From Tubulanus polymorphus (lineage: Eukaryota > Animalia > Nemertea): 64,000 nucleotides of DNA. How positions within the stretch are numbered: the stretch's first letter is position 1; each line of letters begins with the position of its first letter. A program made the position numbers and the translations under genes. The stretch lies in the NCBI RefSeq assembly GCF_964204645.1, contig NC_134036.1, positions 8,887,477 to 8,951,476 of the forward strand, written 5' to 3'. The notes under the pieces were generated by a model that saw only the letters and a program-made list of their open reading frames with translations, made no database searches and was not told the DNA's origin. This document shows, in pieces, positions 1-11,274 of the stretch.

Positions 1-307
1 ATCCTTCCATTCATTGCAAAATGGATATAATACGATAGTCTACTTAGATTGTACGGATTCACCAGTCGAATCAAAACCGCATTGAGGGACGTGTTCAAAA
101 GTCAAAGAGAAATATCCCCACTAGATCGAGGGATTTCAGACTTAGATTAGTAAATCTGCCGGTGTTGGCCTAAGCGGCAAAATCATTTATCAATTGCGCC
201 CCGTGATGAGTATAGGATTGTCGCGTATCGATTCTGTTTAACAAAACATCGATATAGGCTCCGATCAATATCAAGCTGTGCAATCATTCCAATTTATGTA
301 TGAAACG

Positions 308-412
308 TATAAAATAAAACTAGTTTTATCCATTCGTCGACAGTTTCTGGTTCGAGAAAACGAGATATTTTCATTTCGAAAGTTGAAAAAAACGTCCCCA
401 AAAGCCACCAAG
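308..412 (+). promoter_or_regulatory. TATA box and predicted non-coding first exon of knottin gene A
   Basis: TATAAAA at 308-314, Inr-like CAGTTT ~33 nt downstream, donor AG|GTAAGC at 412/413; the block is conserved at 15154-15260 upstream of paralog B. Confidence 0.55.
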
Positions 413-1789
413 GTAAGCTCAGTGACGATTTCATTCAGATCCATATCATTCATTTTGAACGTCGATTGTTGAAACATCTATTATTGCGTGACATCGATTT
501 TTCGGGATATTCCTCTTAAACGTTTGGACACATACCTCAATATGTCTAAATGGGACCGGTAAAATCGTCGTTTTCATATCCATTCTATACTGATACATAG
601 GTTTGCTAAGTGTCCTTAACTCATTTTAATTAGGGAAAATAGACTCCGTCTCATGAACTAAATCAATTTCAAGAAGGTATTTCCACGCATATTATTTGAA
701 ATTATTTTCAAATCATAAAAATCGTGCTTCGTAGGCACGAAAAACACGGGAAACACAGTGTTCTAATTTCACAAAAAATTGCTTATCTTTTTTCATTTTA
801 ACACAAAAACTGAAGACTTTATGGCAATGCATCAGTATGGTGTAACATGGATGTAAAAACAATGATTTATCTAGACTGCACAGTTTCACTGGTCGTATTG
901 AAACTAATTTGAGTTATGTGTTCAAAAACTAAGCGAAATGTCCATTAAGATGAGTGTTGCACGAAAGAAAATAAACGTTAGTATACATAGTCCATAGAAT
1001 TAAAATAGTTCATGTAATGGATTTCATCATGTTAAGTGATATTTGAGTGAACGCTTGTTTTTGCCATTACAATTTCGCCAGTGTTTAGCCTTAGGTTAAG
1101 GTAGGGTGTAAACAAGAGGGAATTACCCTTCCAATTGATTCTATAACTTATTTGAAAATATTCGCCTCATTCTATGTGTTGCACCATTATTTTTTAGTTT
1201 TTGACTTTGATCCCCAATTATTGTATGTTTAAACAAGAAAAACGTGAAATCGTTTTTTTTTCAAATCGAGCAACGGAGGTTCCAGCCACGTTTAAGTTAT
1301 CGGATTGTTTTTGTTAATTTCAAATTTACTCCGCACTGTATATTCAACACATACATCAGTAATTTCAGTCACCAAAATCCAAGCTGCAAAACGTGACTAG
1401 ATATTTTTCTGCTGGAATTCATGTAATGGCCAGGCGTTCAACGACGTGTCACTGATCGTACCCTCTAGCATGGCAATATTTTCTATATATTTCTGGATTT
1501 TAACCGTTGGAGATTTTTATTTGATCTGCATAGAATTGATAACCAAGATTTTTTTGCGTAACTAATTTCAATTAACCAGCAGAAACCCCGTTATCGTTGT
1601 TTGAAACTAAGTCTATCAGCGGTTGTTTTTTTTCTGGTATATTTTCGAACCTGGTACATTATCTGAAAAATGGTTTATTCATTGAGAGCCTATTGAAACT
1701 ATCGAATAACAATGATTTGGGATTTACCAAATTGCTAATATTCGTAACAATGATGCTGATATATTCAATTCCAATTTAAGATAGTGAAA

Positions 1790-2416
1790 ATGCTGGCTCA
1801 TTTAGTAACTCGCGTTTGTGCGGTGGTTGTGATTGTGGCCAGTGCCGCGTCAATTGCAGAAGGTAAGTAACGGTAGTGACAACGATAAACCTGTCTAACT
1901 GTGTAGTATTGGCCTGCCAATGAGGTAAAAGACCTCTAGAAAAAATATTACGGCATTTTTGTTAATGGTTGGCAACATACATCAATCGATAGATTAGATC
2001 TGATAGTTCATGAAAATGCCTATTGCCACACTGTAGTATATGCTATATATAGTGATGGAATTAATCTGATTAATAGCATTTCAGAGATGATATTAGATAT
2101 TTCTATTCTGACCAAAAATATTGCGTGCTAAATATTGTTCTTATACACACGTGTTTCCGGCGTATAATTCTGTCGGAATGACAGACATGAATGAGGAGTA
2201 TCGATCATCCTCATCGTCGGGAGCATCGCCGGTCTCACAACTTGGCGCAAGGGTTCCATTATTTTCACAATTAGATTAAAAAACAAGTTTTTCCTGCTAA
2301 AGTTTTTAATTTCATGTTCTTTTTTTCATATAGGACTTTGCAATCCCAACGGCTTTGTGTGTTCCGCTGATCAAGTTTGTTGCAACCACCACTGTAAAAA
2401 CGAATTTTGTAGCTAA
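1790..2416 (+). CDS. Secreted ICK/knottin toxin-like peptide A; coding exons 1790-1862 and 2334-2416; MLAHLVTRVCAVVVIVASAASIAEG-LCNPNGFVCSADQVCCNHHCKNEFCS
   Basis: Acceptor tttaag at 1780 then AAAATG; hydrophobic signal exon ends G|GTAAGT (phase 1); pyrimidine tract plus TAG acceptor at 2333 gives in-frame C-x6-C-x5-CC-x3-C-x4-C and TAA; AATAAA at 2576; same structure in paralog B. Confidence 0.85.
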
Positions 2417-2609
2417 TCGTTGGTATTATATGTTCATAATGGGATATACTTGTGGTGGTTTGGGAAATACCCGATTATGAAACTGAATCACAGTCAGGTT
2501 ACTGACATATTATGAAAAAGCTCTTGAATCTATAATTGTAACTCAGTCGTCGAATCTCGTGTTTTAATTAGATTCAATAAAACTGCGAGTAAAAAAATCA
2601 ATGATCAGG

Positions 2610-2905
2610 TTGTTAGCTGTTTATGATTCGTCGGGGACGATTTTCAAACTGATCAATAGAATGGCCCGTTCTATTCACGGCGACGAGCAGCAACTCTTGA
2701 CTTCGACTTTTTAAATTCCCTCCACCCACTGAGCGCCGGGCACCAATATAAGTGAATTCGATGTTTCTTTTGTTCCCAATGGGGGAGAGACCAGAGAAGA
2801 ATCTTCGACCAAGAAGCTCTGTCGCTATTAAGGTTTGAACCCGTAAACCCTCGGTCGACGACTCCAGTGACCGGGGCTTAAACCACTTGGCCACTGCGCC
2901 TCTTG
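2610..2905 (-). mobile_element. tRNA-derived SINE-like element
   Basis: Minus-strand A box TGGCCAAGTGG (2883-2893) and B box GGTTCAAACC (2832-2841), no convincing cloverleaf, followed by an unrelated body. Confidence 0.55.
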
Positions 2906-3398
2906 ACTAGGACTATTCACAAGCAAAAGATCAAAACCTCCGCTTCAATCATTCCAGTTACACGTTTAACATATATCCATGTGAGAACATTCTTAACACT
3001 GAAATAACGGTTTTTCGGCTTTATCGTTTTTTTCTACTCTAGAGTTGCATGAATTGATGCCAAATGGCATGGTACGACGTGTGGATACATGGGACTATGC
3101 GGCAATTTCTTGATATCATTGAAATAAGCCGCAACATTAAAATTATCGTTAGTCGTAGGTCGACGAAACTGATAGTAAGCAATTCAATAAATAGATTCTG
3201 AATTGAGTCGAAATGGTCCGGCCGACGGGAACCGGTCGACACCAGCTTTTACCGGATAGTACCAATCCCAGCTAAGGGCTTCAAAGTGTTCGCTTGAACC
3301 CACGTAACAATCTATCATCAATCATGTCATCGTGTAAATTACAACCAACCCCGCGCGTGCGCGAAGGGCCAGTCTATTCTAAAAGATGCTTCGATTGC

Positions 3399-3728
3399 AC
3401 GTGCTCCCTCAGCAGGGATTCGAACCTGATGGTATCGCTATACGCAGCCACGGCACAAAACCCTGCCACTTCAAACCAATGCGCAGCTTTGCCGCACGAA
3501 AACTTGCGGCACCAATCAGATTGCTCGTTTTATAATCGCTGAGAAAAATTTGAAGGAAGAAGTATAAACGGGGAAACCCGTGCTGAAATAAAACGGGATT
3601 TCTTATTGGCTAATAATGACATCATCTAAGCAGCGCGTGTAGCTGCACACTCGGTCTAGTGTGGCAGGGTTTCGTACCGTGGCAATCTCGATGCCCTCAG
3701 GTTCGAATCCCTGCCGGGGGAGGATGTG
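3399..3728. repeat. Divergent inverted pair of tRNA-like (pol III B-box) heads
   Basis: 3399-3488 is the diverged reverse complement of 3641-3728; B box GGTTCGAATCC at 3700-3710 (+) and 3416-3426 (-). Confidence 0.6.
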
Positions 3729-3962
3729 ATTTTAATGTTGAACAGATAATTGCTGTGACGTAGCCTACAGTAGGGAATTAAACATCGATCCGTTCCAATT
3801 ATATTTTATTACGTATTATATTGACATACGCCTAAGTTTCTGAATGTACGTCGTCTTCGAGATAAGAAATTAGCGAGGGTTCTAATTGAAACATTTCTAG
3901 TGGTAATATTTGCAACTGTAATAGGGATAATAGGGGTTCATACCAAAGGTCGAAGGGTCAAC

Positions 3963-4103
<141 letters not shown>

Positions 4104-4152
4104 AATATGAATAACTTCTAAAATCAATTTTAATAAAAAATTTGATATTCAA

Positions 4153-4871
4153 ATGGAAGCAAATAAGAAGTACTACTGTCCGACATGTAAAATTAATATC
4201 GATAAATCTCAAAAAGCAAGGCACAATAAAACTAAAACACATTTGGGAAATAAATTGAAATTAGAATATAAGGATGATATATTAGAAACTAAATTAGATG
4301 AATTAAAGAATGAAAAAGAAATATATAAAATTGATTTTAATTTTGTGTAATCAATCATTCAGTAACAAAAGATATAATAATGAACATTTAAAAGTCATAT
4401 TAGAAATATGATTAATGATATTTTAGGAGAAGATTATTTTGATAATGATAATGATAAGAAACAGAAGACGATTAAATGAATTAAAAATAAATTAAACAAT
4501 AAAAGACCATACATGGAAGATGTTAGAAATTATATTAATTCATTAGATAATAAAAAAGAAATAGAAATAACGGAAGCATTTAAAAGTGATATTGGACCAG
4601 CTGCTACTGAATTTAAATTTCATAAAGGAAAAACATTAGAAGAAAATAAAAAACATTTAGAAAATATGAAAAATATTATAAAAATAATTACTGATGTTGA
4701 ATACCCTAAAATTAGCATATCTTCTAAAGTTGAATTTATTAAATCTGAGGATAAACCAATATATAATATTAATTCTCATTCACAACATATTATTCCAAAA
4801 CAGCAAATAGATAAAAAATAAGATAAATGTTATAATGAAGTAAAAACTAAAATAGAAGAGGAATATTTTGA
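4153..4871 (+). pseudogene. N-terminal zinc-finger region of Polinton pPolB, frameshifted; paralog of 55154-56250
   Basis: MEANKKYYCPTC...HNKTKTH and MEDVRNYINSLDNKKEIEITEAFKSDIGPAA are near-identical to the ORF at 55154-56149. Confidence 0.8.
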
Positions 4872-5710
4872 AATTTCTGAAAGTTAAGACTCAATCTAGT
4901 GGGTGGCCATCGGGCGATATGTCCGACGATGAAAAGAGAAAACTATATAGCGGAATACGCGGCCGGGAAGGTATCCAATTAGATGGGGATAAGATAGAAA
5001 ACATTCCGCGTCTGCGAATAGTCGCAAAATTATGTCTGAACAGTAATGGGGGAAATTTGGACAAAATAGTAACAAAACTTCGGCGAAATACATTTCGGAC
5101 CTGGGGGAATTTTACGATTTGATTCTCGATTCGACGGTTGAAATTTCAGACATTATCATCTGTAATGATGAAGTACTCCGCCTACATTACAAAACAAAGT
5201 CTGAGTTTGTCAAACCAAACAGTCGAACGAACGTTGCCATAGCGGCTTTTACAACTGCTCACGCTCGACTTATACTGACATACATACATGGAGAAGCTAA
5301 GGGATCGAACCCTTTACACGGAAACTGATTCAATCATGTATTCCGTAAAGCCTGGTGGAATGGGAACCAGAAACTGGCAAATTCTAAGCCGACATGACAG
5401 ACGAGCTCGGTCGTATTTGCTACATAACTGAATTTGTTTCGGGGGCCTAAAAATACAGCCATAAAGCGCTTGATACGGAGACGAACCGTTATTCGTATGA
5501 ATGCATAGTCGTCAATTTCAAATCTATGCTTAAATTAATCACTGGCGATACCCGTGAGAAGCTTTTAGTAAATAATCCGGGTACAATTAAACGAGATATA
5601 AGGAGGGGGTAATTTATAACAAGGATGAGACCAAAACCTACCGCGCCGTGTACACAAAAAGGGCATTCGATCTGGATAAAAGATATAACACATTACCGTT
5701 TGGTTACTAG
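4872..5710 (+). pseudogene. C-terminal polymerase domain of protein-primed DNA polymerase B (different Polinton lineage)
   Basis: KTQSSGWP, KLCLNS..GKFGQ, TNVAIAAFTTAHARL, LYTETDSIMY (YxDTDS-like) and terminal TLPFGY* across several frameshifts. Confidence 0.85.
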
Positions 5711-5949
5711 TTTCTGATGTTGCGACAGTAAACTCAGTTTCATTGCCGCGATAAGCTGGAAAGTTACCTCCGTTTTGGCTCTTGGACAGTAAACTCAGTC
5801 TATTTGCGCACAGTGGTAGCTGGAAATTTGCCTCGTAACATAGGGTAAATCATATTATATAGGCGACCGATAATTTACCGTTTATTACGTTTCTAATAGC
5901 ATCATACAATTTAGGGACATGAGTTTTATCTAGTCAATTTTGTAGTTAC

Positions 5950-6310
5950 TTTTTTCGTAAATATTTTTGTTTACCTCAATAAAGTACTGAAATTTTAGTA
6001 TTGCGTTTTGATTTCAGATATTACATTGATATTTGTTTGTATCATTATCTGTTTTAGACACAATAAAGAACTGATATATTAGTATTGCATTTTTATTTCA
6101 GATATTATTGTAATGTATCTACTTTGTAGTTATCTTTCAATGTAATAAAGAACTGAAATATTAGTATTACATTTCATATATTAATCTAATGTGTTGACTC
6201 TGTAATTAACTTTTTTGATGCGATAAAGAACTGAAATATTAGTATCATATTTTATTTCATATATTAATCTAATCCATTGAGTTTGTAATTATCATTATTA
6301 GACATATCAT
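5950..6310. repeat. AT-rich degenerate tandem repeat (~75-80-bp units) between converging Polinton genes
   Basis: Recurring AATAAAGAACTGAAATATTAGTAT...TTTCA(G/T)ATATT, about 4-5 copies. Confidence 0.7.
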
Positions 6311-6539
6311 TTTCATATTTCTAGGAAGAAAATTTGTTGCTTCCGTTGTTACTTTGCTATCTCCAATGCTATGCCATGTGAATGTTGTTATGACTTTGTG
6401 TAAATATTTGCATAAGAACTTTTATAACAATAAAACGTAAACTTATATGATATTTCAACCCTGAAAATAATTTGTTTTTTTCTCGTTGCCGCCTTCGATC
6501 CTTTTGAGCACTCCTCCAATGAGTAAAAGAAAAAAAAAT

Positions 6540-6930
6540 ATTTAAAATTAGTAACTCAGATATCAGAAGGATTGTTGACTTCGGGACATTCACGTATCTT
6601 CTTGAAAACACTAATGTCTCTAGTAGCGCAGAAACAGCATAAGTCTTCCCGATTAAAGTGAGTGAATATACATGGTCTGGCAGTTTTGAGTTAACGTAAT
6701 TATCCCTCCCTAAACTGGATACGCTAGAGTCGTAGTCTCCAGCTATAGCGCGATCGATTTCGTTGTCGATTTCCATTTTGCAGAAGTTTAAATGTACCCA
6801 CTCTTGAATGTATAGAGATTTTCCATTTTTGGTCGGATATGCCCATCTTTTTGCGCTACAATCGTAATGTCGAAAGTCAATTCTTTTCGTATCGTTCCAC
6901 GTAGTAGGACTGACATAAACCAGCATTTCT
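6540..6930 (-). pseudogene. PC4/p15-like ssDNA-binding domain protein (Polinton accessory gene, probably multi-exon)
   Basis: VYVSPTTWNDTKRIDFRHY...YPTKNGKSLYIQEWVHL matches the PC4 pattern V...IDIR.Y...PTKKGISL...W..L. Confidence 0.65.
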
Positions 6931-7373
6931 AGATGGAACTGCGTATCCGATTTCCTAGTGTTATCATTCAGAGAATTCGGTGTTGCTGTATCTCCTGAAA
7001 TGATAAGATTTAGGATAGAATACTAACCCGAATTGATATTGTAAAAAAATACTTTGAAAATTCTGAGAGAGTTAAATACATACCCATATCAAGATTCTTT
7101 TTACTTTTGTTTCTTCTTTGGTACTGATGTATCCTTTTTTGTTGCTGATAACGTCGTTTTACAGGTGCATAAGTTACATGAAGAAGTTTTCGTTAGGTGA
7201 CGATGAGATAACCGGTGAGTACATGTTGCTCGTTGTGTGTCTCGTCTCTAAATGAAATGACCTGTCTATTGTCGATTGATTGTAGGTGGTGATGCTGTTT
7301 CTATTGTTACAAAAATCTTGCCCAGACTCGTATCCGAAATAGCTTTGCTCGCCCAATGTATTTTTTAGATATC

Positions 7374-7515
7374 CCCGCCATCTTGGATCCGCCCACTTGG
7401 ATTACTCACTCCTGGTCACCATCTTGGATTACATCACTTCCGGCCGCCATCTTGGATTTCGTCACATCCAGTTAACCACAACCACACCCGCCTATACCGG
7501 GACAGTATAACTACT
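7374..7515. repeat. Polinton-like terminal region with YY1-type motif cluster
   Basis: Three (G/A)CCATCTTGGAT copies, then TTAACCACAACCACA, then ACTACT; same arrangement at 57100-57215. Confidence 0.6.
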
Positions 7516-7628
7516 GTTCCAATCTAATTTCACACCAAAGGCATGAATAAGAAACCGATGAACCCTGGTTGCCCATACATGTACACAGATGAGCTAAATC
7601 GCCGATCAGAAAAAAAAAATCTTATAGC

Positions 7629-8640
7629 TTAAGTCCCTCTACTACATTCGACATATCTAATTTGTGGCAGTTGGTCAAAGATTTTGTCAAAAATGATCTT
7701 GATATTGCTGTAAGTATCGACAGCTTCGAAATATGAAATCAACTCGGTGTGATCGGTACTGTTTACTTGTGTACTATTTAGTACAGACAGTACTAGCTTC
7801 GAAGAGCCACCGCCTTTATCCACTCAGATCTTTACCCATCTTTCATCATGAAAATGCTCATCTGTCACCAATTTCCCGGTGACTATAGGGGACAAGTTTT
7901 TCTTCAAGCGTTCGAGCATTGATCAAGAAATTTTATTTCGCCAGGGAATATATATTCTGATTGTTGTGATTACTGCGTATTTTTAGTTCTGCTCGAATCT
8001 TATCTGATGAGGGAAACACCTTTAGATTTGAGTTTTCAAGTTACGGTCTAATTCTAGCATTTTGGTCATTGTAGAGGCAAATTCTGTTTCAAGTCAACTG
8101 ACTGTTCAGGAGTGAGCTTAGTTCCTGTCATTTCTGGAAGTTCATTGATTACAAGATATTTCAGATTCTCATCTTTCTTCAACATATGTGCAATTAATTT
8201 AGCAGTGATACTTTGGTCTTTGGATGAAATAAATTGTAGTATTGATTTTGCTTTGGAAGCTCTCTTTTCAACGGTCTGTCGACTTGACTCTGAAATGGAT
8301 GTGTTTGGTTTTTCCAGTTTACAAAAATGATGTTCATTTGTTCGAGAACCTGATGCAATACTAGCTTTGAATATATCATCTAGAGAACCTTCAGAGAAAG
8401 TAAAAACATTATTATCCGTCATTATGTTTTCTAAGCGACTAGTAATGATTTTTAGATTGCCATTTTTCTTTTCGACATTTTTCAGATGTTCTTTTAATAA
8501 ATTCAGTTGTTTCAGATAATCTTCAGATAAGTCTGTCTGTGTCGTTTGTTCTTGTACTCTTCCTGGTGTTGTGGCATTTTCACTCGCAAGACGGTTTTCT
8601 GTGTCGTGTACTCTATATTCACATATTTCAATTCATGGGA
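7629..8640 (-). pseudogene. Degenerate DDE transposase relic, RAG1/Transib/Chapaev-like (tentative)
   Basis: DKGGGSSKLVLSVLN...NSTDHT...FEAVDTYSN resembles a family of invertebrate RAG1-like transposases (recalled); stops and frameshifts; CAC-type terminus upstream at 9032. Confidence 0.4.
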
Positions 8641-8812
8641 TTTTTATAATAAAAAGGTTTATATGATATTAATTTTACGCGATTCTTATCATCAGTTTTT
8701 TTATCCACAAGAGGATTAAGGGACCAGTCAAACATAACAGAGGATGGACAAATCATGAACGGCTTGAGCAGTCAAAAAATGAATGAGGAACCCAAAAAAT
8801 AAATTGCCTTAA

Positions 8813-9032
8813 AATGGTTCTCCCAAAAACCGTGTCAAGAACCATTTGATAATATTGAAAGGGGTTCTTTAAAGAACCCTTTATACGAAATGGTTCTTTA
8901 AAGAACCTTTACCAGGGGTTCTTCAAGGAATCCTACAAAAAGGTTCTTTGAAGAACCTTTAGGGGTTCTTCCTGGGAGGCAAGCCCAAGAACCCCTGAAG
9001 GTTCTAGGATAGAACCCTTTGTTCTAAGAGTG
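8813..9032 (-). mobile_element. CACTA/CMC-like terminus with GGTTCT...AGAACC palindromic subterminal repeats
   Basis: Minus strand starts CACTCTTAGAACAAAGGGTTC; about 7 short GGTTCT-N4-AGAACC hairpins. Confidence 0.55.
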
Positions 9033-9066
9033 TGGACCCCCTAAACCTGTCTATTATTTCAGTATA

Positions 9067-9320
9067 TACAGCGTGTCCCACAAAAAAAATTCCTCCGATG
9101 TTTATATAGATTAATAAGTGAATTTTTGTGATGGATTAGTAATCAGTAGGGTGTCTTCTTTACACGGATTATGGAGCATGTAGACCACACGTGGGTCGCT
9201 TCATATTCAGTTTTTGTAAACCAGCTGGGTGTGGTCTACTTGATCCATACTCCATAGCATGTAAAGAAGACATATCACTGGTTACTAATCCATCACAAAA
9301 TGCAATTATCAATTTATATT
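9067..9320. mobile_element. MITE-like imperfect palindrome with Tc1/mariner-like left end
   Basis: TACAGCGTGTCCCA start; 9125-9190 is the diverged reverse complement of 9228-9300. Confidence 0.5.
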
Positions 9321-9909
9321 AACTTATAAATATTATATTGAACAAGCAGAATGTAATAATATTACATCAAATGTGACACGTCACCGGGGTTCCCTATGGG
9401 TAGTAGTGGTCGTCGGGATATTTGCCACTAGAAATCAGAACTGTTAGCAGATACAACTATACTATACACAGAAACATAGAACGGAACTAACGGATGACGA
9501 TGATATGGGTCGGATTGACTGGCTGAAACTTATAAAATTTCGTTTTATATTTTAGGACAAATTGACATTATCTAACAAGTAATTAGTAGATGGCGTTTTC
9601 AGACCAGAGTACGAGAGTACGAGACACCACTCATCACAGCTAGGCCGAGAACGGTCAACAGCGTTGTGACACACGTATACAGTGAGTGCGCGTAACAACA
9701 GATGCGCGTGGATAGATCGATACAGTGAGTCGCTACTGAGAACGGTTATTAACGCGTGTGCTATTACTGTAGTACAGTGATTGCGTGTCAGCTGTGCTCG
9801 GATAAATAGATGCTGTGAGGCTTGGGTGAGAACGGTTAATAGCGCGCTTGTTATATACAAGGGGAAGTAATCCCCACTCATCACCACTCATAATTTTTTT
9901 TCCTTATAA

Positions 9910-10234
9910 ATGGGAGATAGAAAAGCATTTTTAGCAACAATAAATAACAGAATAAATCCAGCAAAATCAATTTGAAATAAAAAAGTAAGTTGATGTTAAA
10001 AAAGAAATTGAACATAAAATATTGAAATTAGAAAAGATAAAAACTAAATATGGAGAGAAAGTATCAGCTAATTTAAGCTACTGCAATGTTAGTACATCGC
10101 GAGAATTTAAAGTATTTTTACCTGATAAATGGGTTTCATTGAGTACAGAGGAATCAAAAGATTTAGAAGGATTTAAAATAATCTATCATGGAAAAAATGA
10201 AGATGGCCATCATGATTTAGAAATTGTTGATTAA
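9910..10234 (+). pseudogene. Small Polinton protein with KYG and FLPD motifs (possible OB-fold/SSB-like), disrupted
   Basis: TKYGEKV...VFLPDKW.SLSTEE...YHGKNEDGHHDLEI aligns with 56285-56624 (NKYGDKL...YLPDRF.RLSSED...GKNEKEHHEIDFE). Confidence 0.6.
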
Positions 10235-10415
10235 ATTAAAAAAACAAAATAAATTAATAAAAATAATGAATATCTAGAATCCGAAATGACTTATCTGGAC
10301 AATTTAATTGCTCCACATAGATAGACAAAAGTAGTGAGATGGTGCCGTATGGCACCCACTTGGTGATATTCAGTTAATTAAAGAAAATTATTTTTTTTGC
10401 TCTTTTTCTAAAATA

Positions 10416-10754
10416 TTAATCCATTTTTTTGGTTAATTTTGGAATTTCGGAAGTATTTTCATTTTTGATAGCAGTTGTTTCAGAATTATTAATATCATGC
10501 ATTTTATTTGATTTCTTATACCAATTACGCCCAATCAAAATGAATACAATTACAAATCCAACTGTAAAATATAGACATTTATCAAATATTCTATTATTAG
10601 AAGGAGTAGAAATAACAATATTTTCACCATTTTTATTACTTATTTTTTCTTTTACAGCTTTTTTATATTCTTGTGATTTAATTCCTAATTGCCGAGACCA
10701 TTCAATTTGTTTCGGACTTCTCGGGTTTTTCTTCACTTCTTCCACCTTTTTCAT
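10416..10754 (-). CDS. Polinton small protein with basic N-terminus and one transmembrane helix
   Basis: 112-aa ORF beginning at TAAATG; hydrophobic CLYFTVGFVIVFILIG. Confidence 0.6.
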   Translation of the reverse strand: MKKVEEVKKNPRSPKQIEWSRQLGIKSQEYKKAVKEKISNKNGENIVISTPSNNRIFDKCLYFTVGFVIVFILIGRNWYKKSNKMHDINNSETTAIKNENTSEIPKLTKKMD

Positions 10755-10817
10755 TTATTATAGAAATATTTTTACTTTCAATATTTGAAAATGTTATAAC
10801 CCCAGTTGATAATAATG

Positions 10818-11243
10818 TCATAAATCCACTAAATAATCATTTTTTAAATCGGAATATAATCTATTTTCATCTTCAATTGGTAGTATATAATTACATAATT
10901 CACTATAACCTTTTACTACATTTTCTGATATCGCATCATTAATTCTAGCTGTTCTCGCGGTTTCATAAATCTTAAATAATCTAATAATTTCATCTGATTT
11001 CATTGTATCTAATTCATTATAAGTTAAATTTTTACCGATAAAATTTTTACATTTTCCAGATGCTATTAATATTTCTAATTGATGTTTACAATAAAGATAA
11101 TATTCATAATTATTATTTGTTGTAACATTATTTAAAGCACCATCATCTGGAGTTAAGTTTGTATCTCTTATTCCTAAATCATCTAAAGTTTTTTCAATTG
11201 GAACATCACCATTTTTAGATTTTATTTTCTTTTCACCTCCCAT
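10818..11243 (-). CDS. Polinton hypothetical protein (3' end possibly frameshifted)
   Basis: 141-aa ORF beginning at TATATAAATG, within the Polinton gene array. Confidence 0.6.
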   Translation of the reverse strand: MGGEKKIKSKNGDVPIEKTLDDLGIRDTNLTPDDGALNNVTTNNNYEYYLYCKHQLEILIASGKCKNFIGKNLTYNELDTMKSDEIIRLFKIYETARTARINDAISENVVKGYSELCNYILPIEDENRLYSDLKNDYLVDL

Positions 11244-11274
11244 TTATATAACAAACAAATTAGTTGTGTTGTTC

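Noticed and set aside
2830-2905. Genuine tRNA gene (also 3641-3728)
   Set aside because: A/B boxes are present but no consistent acceptor or anticodon stems; better explained as SINE-like heads
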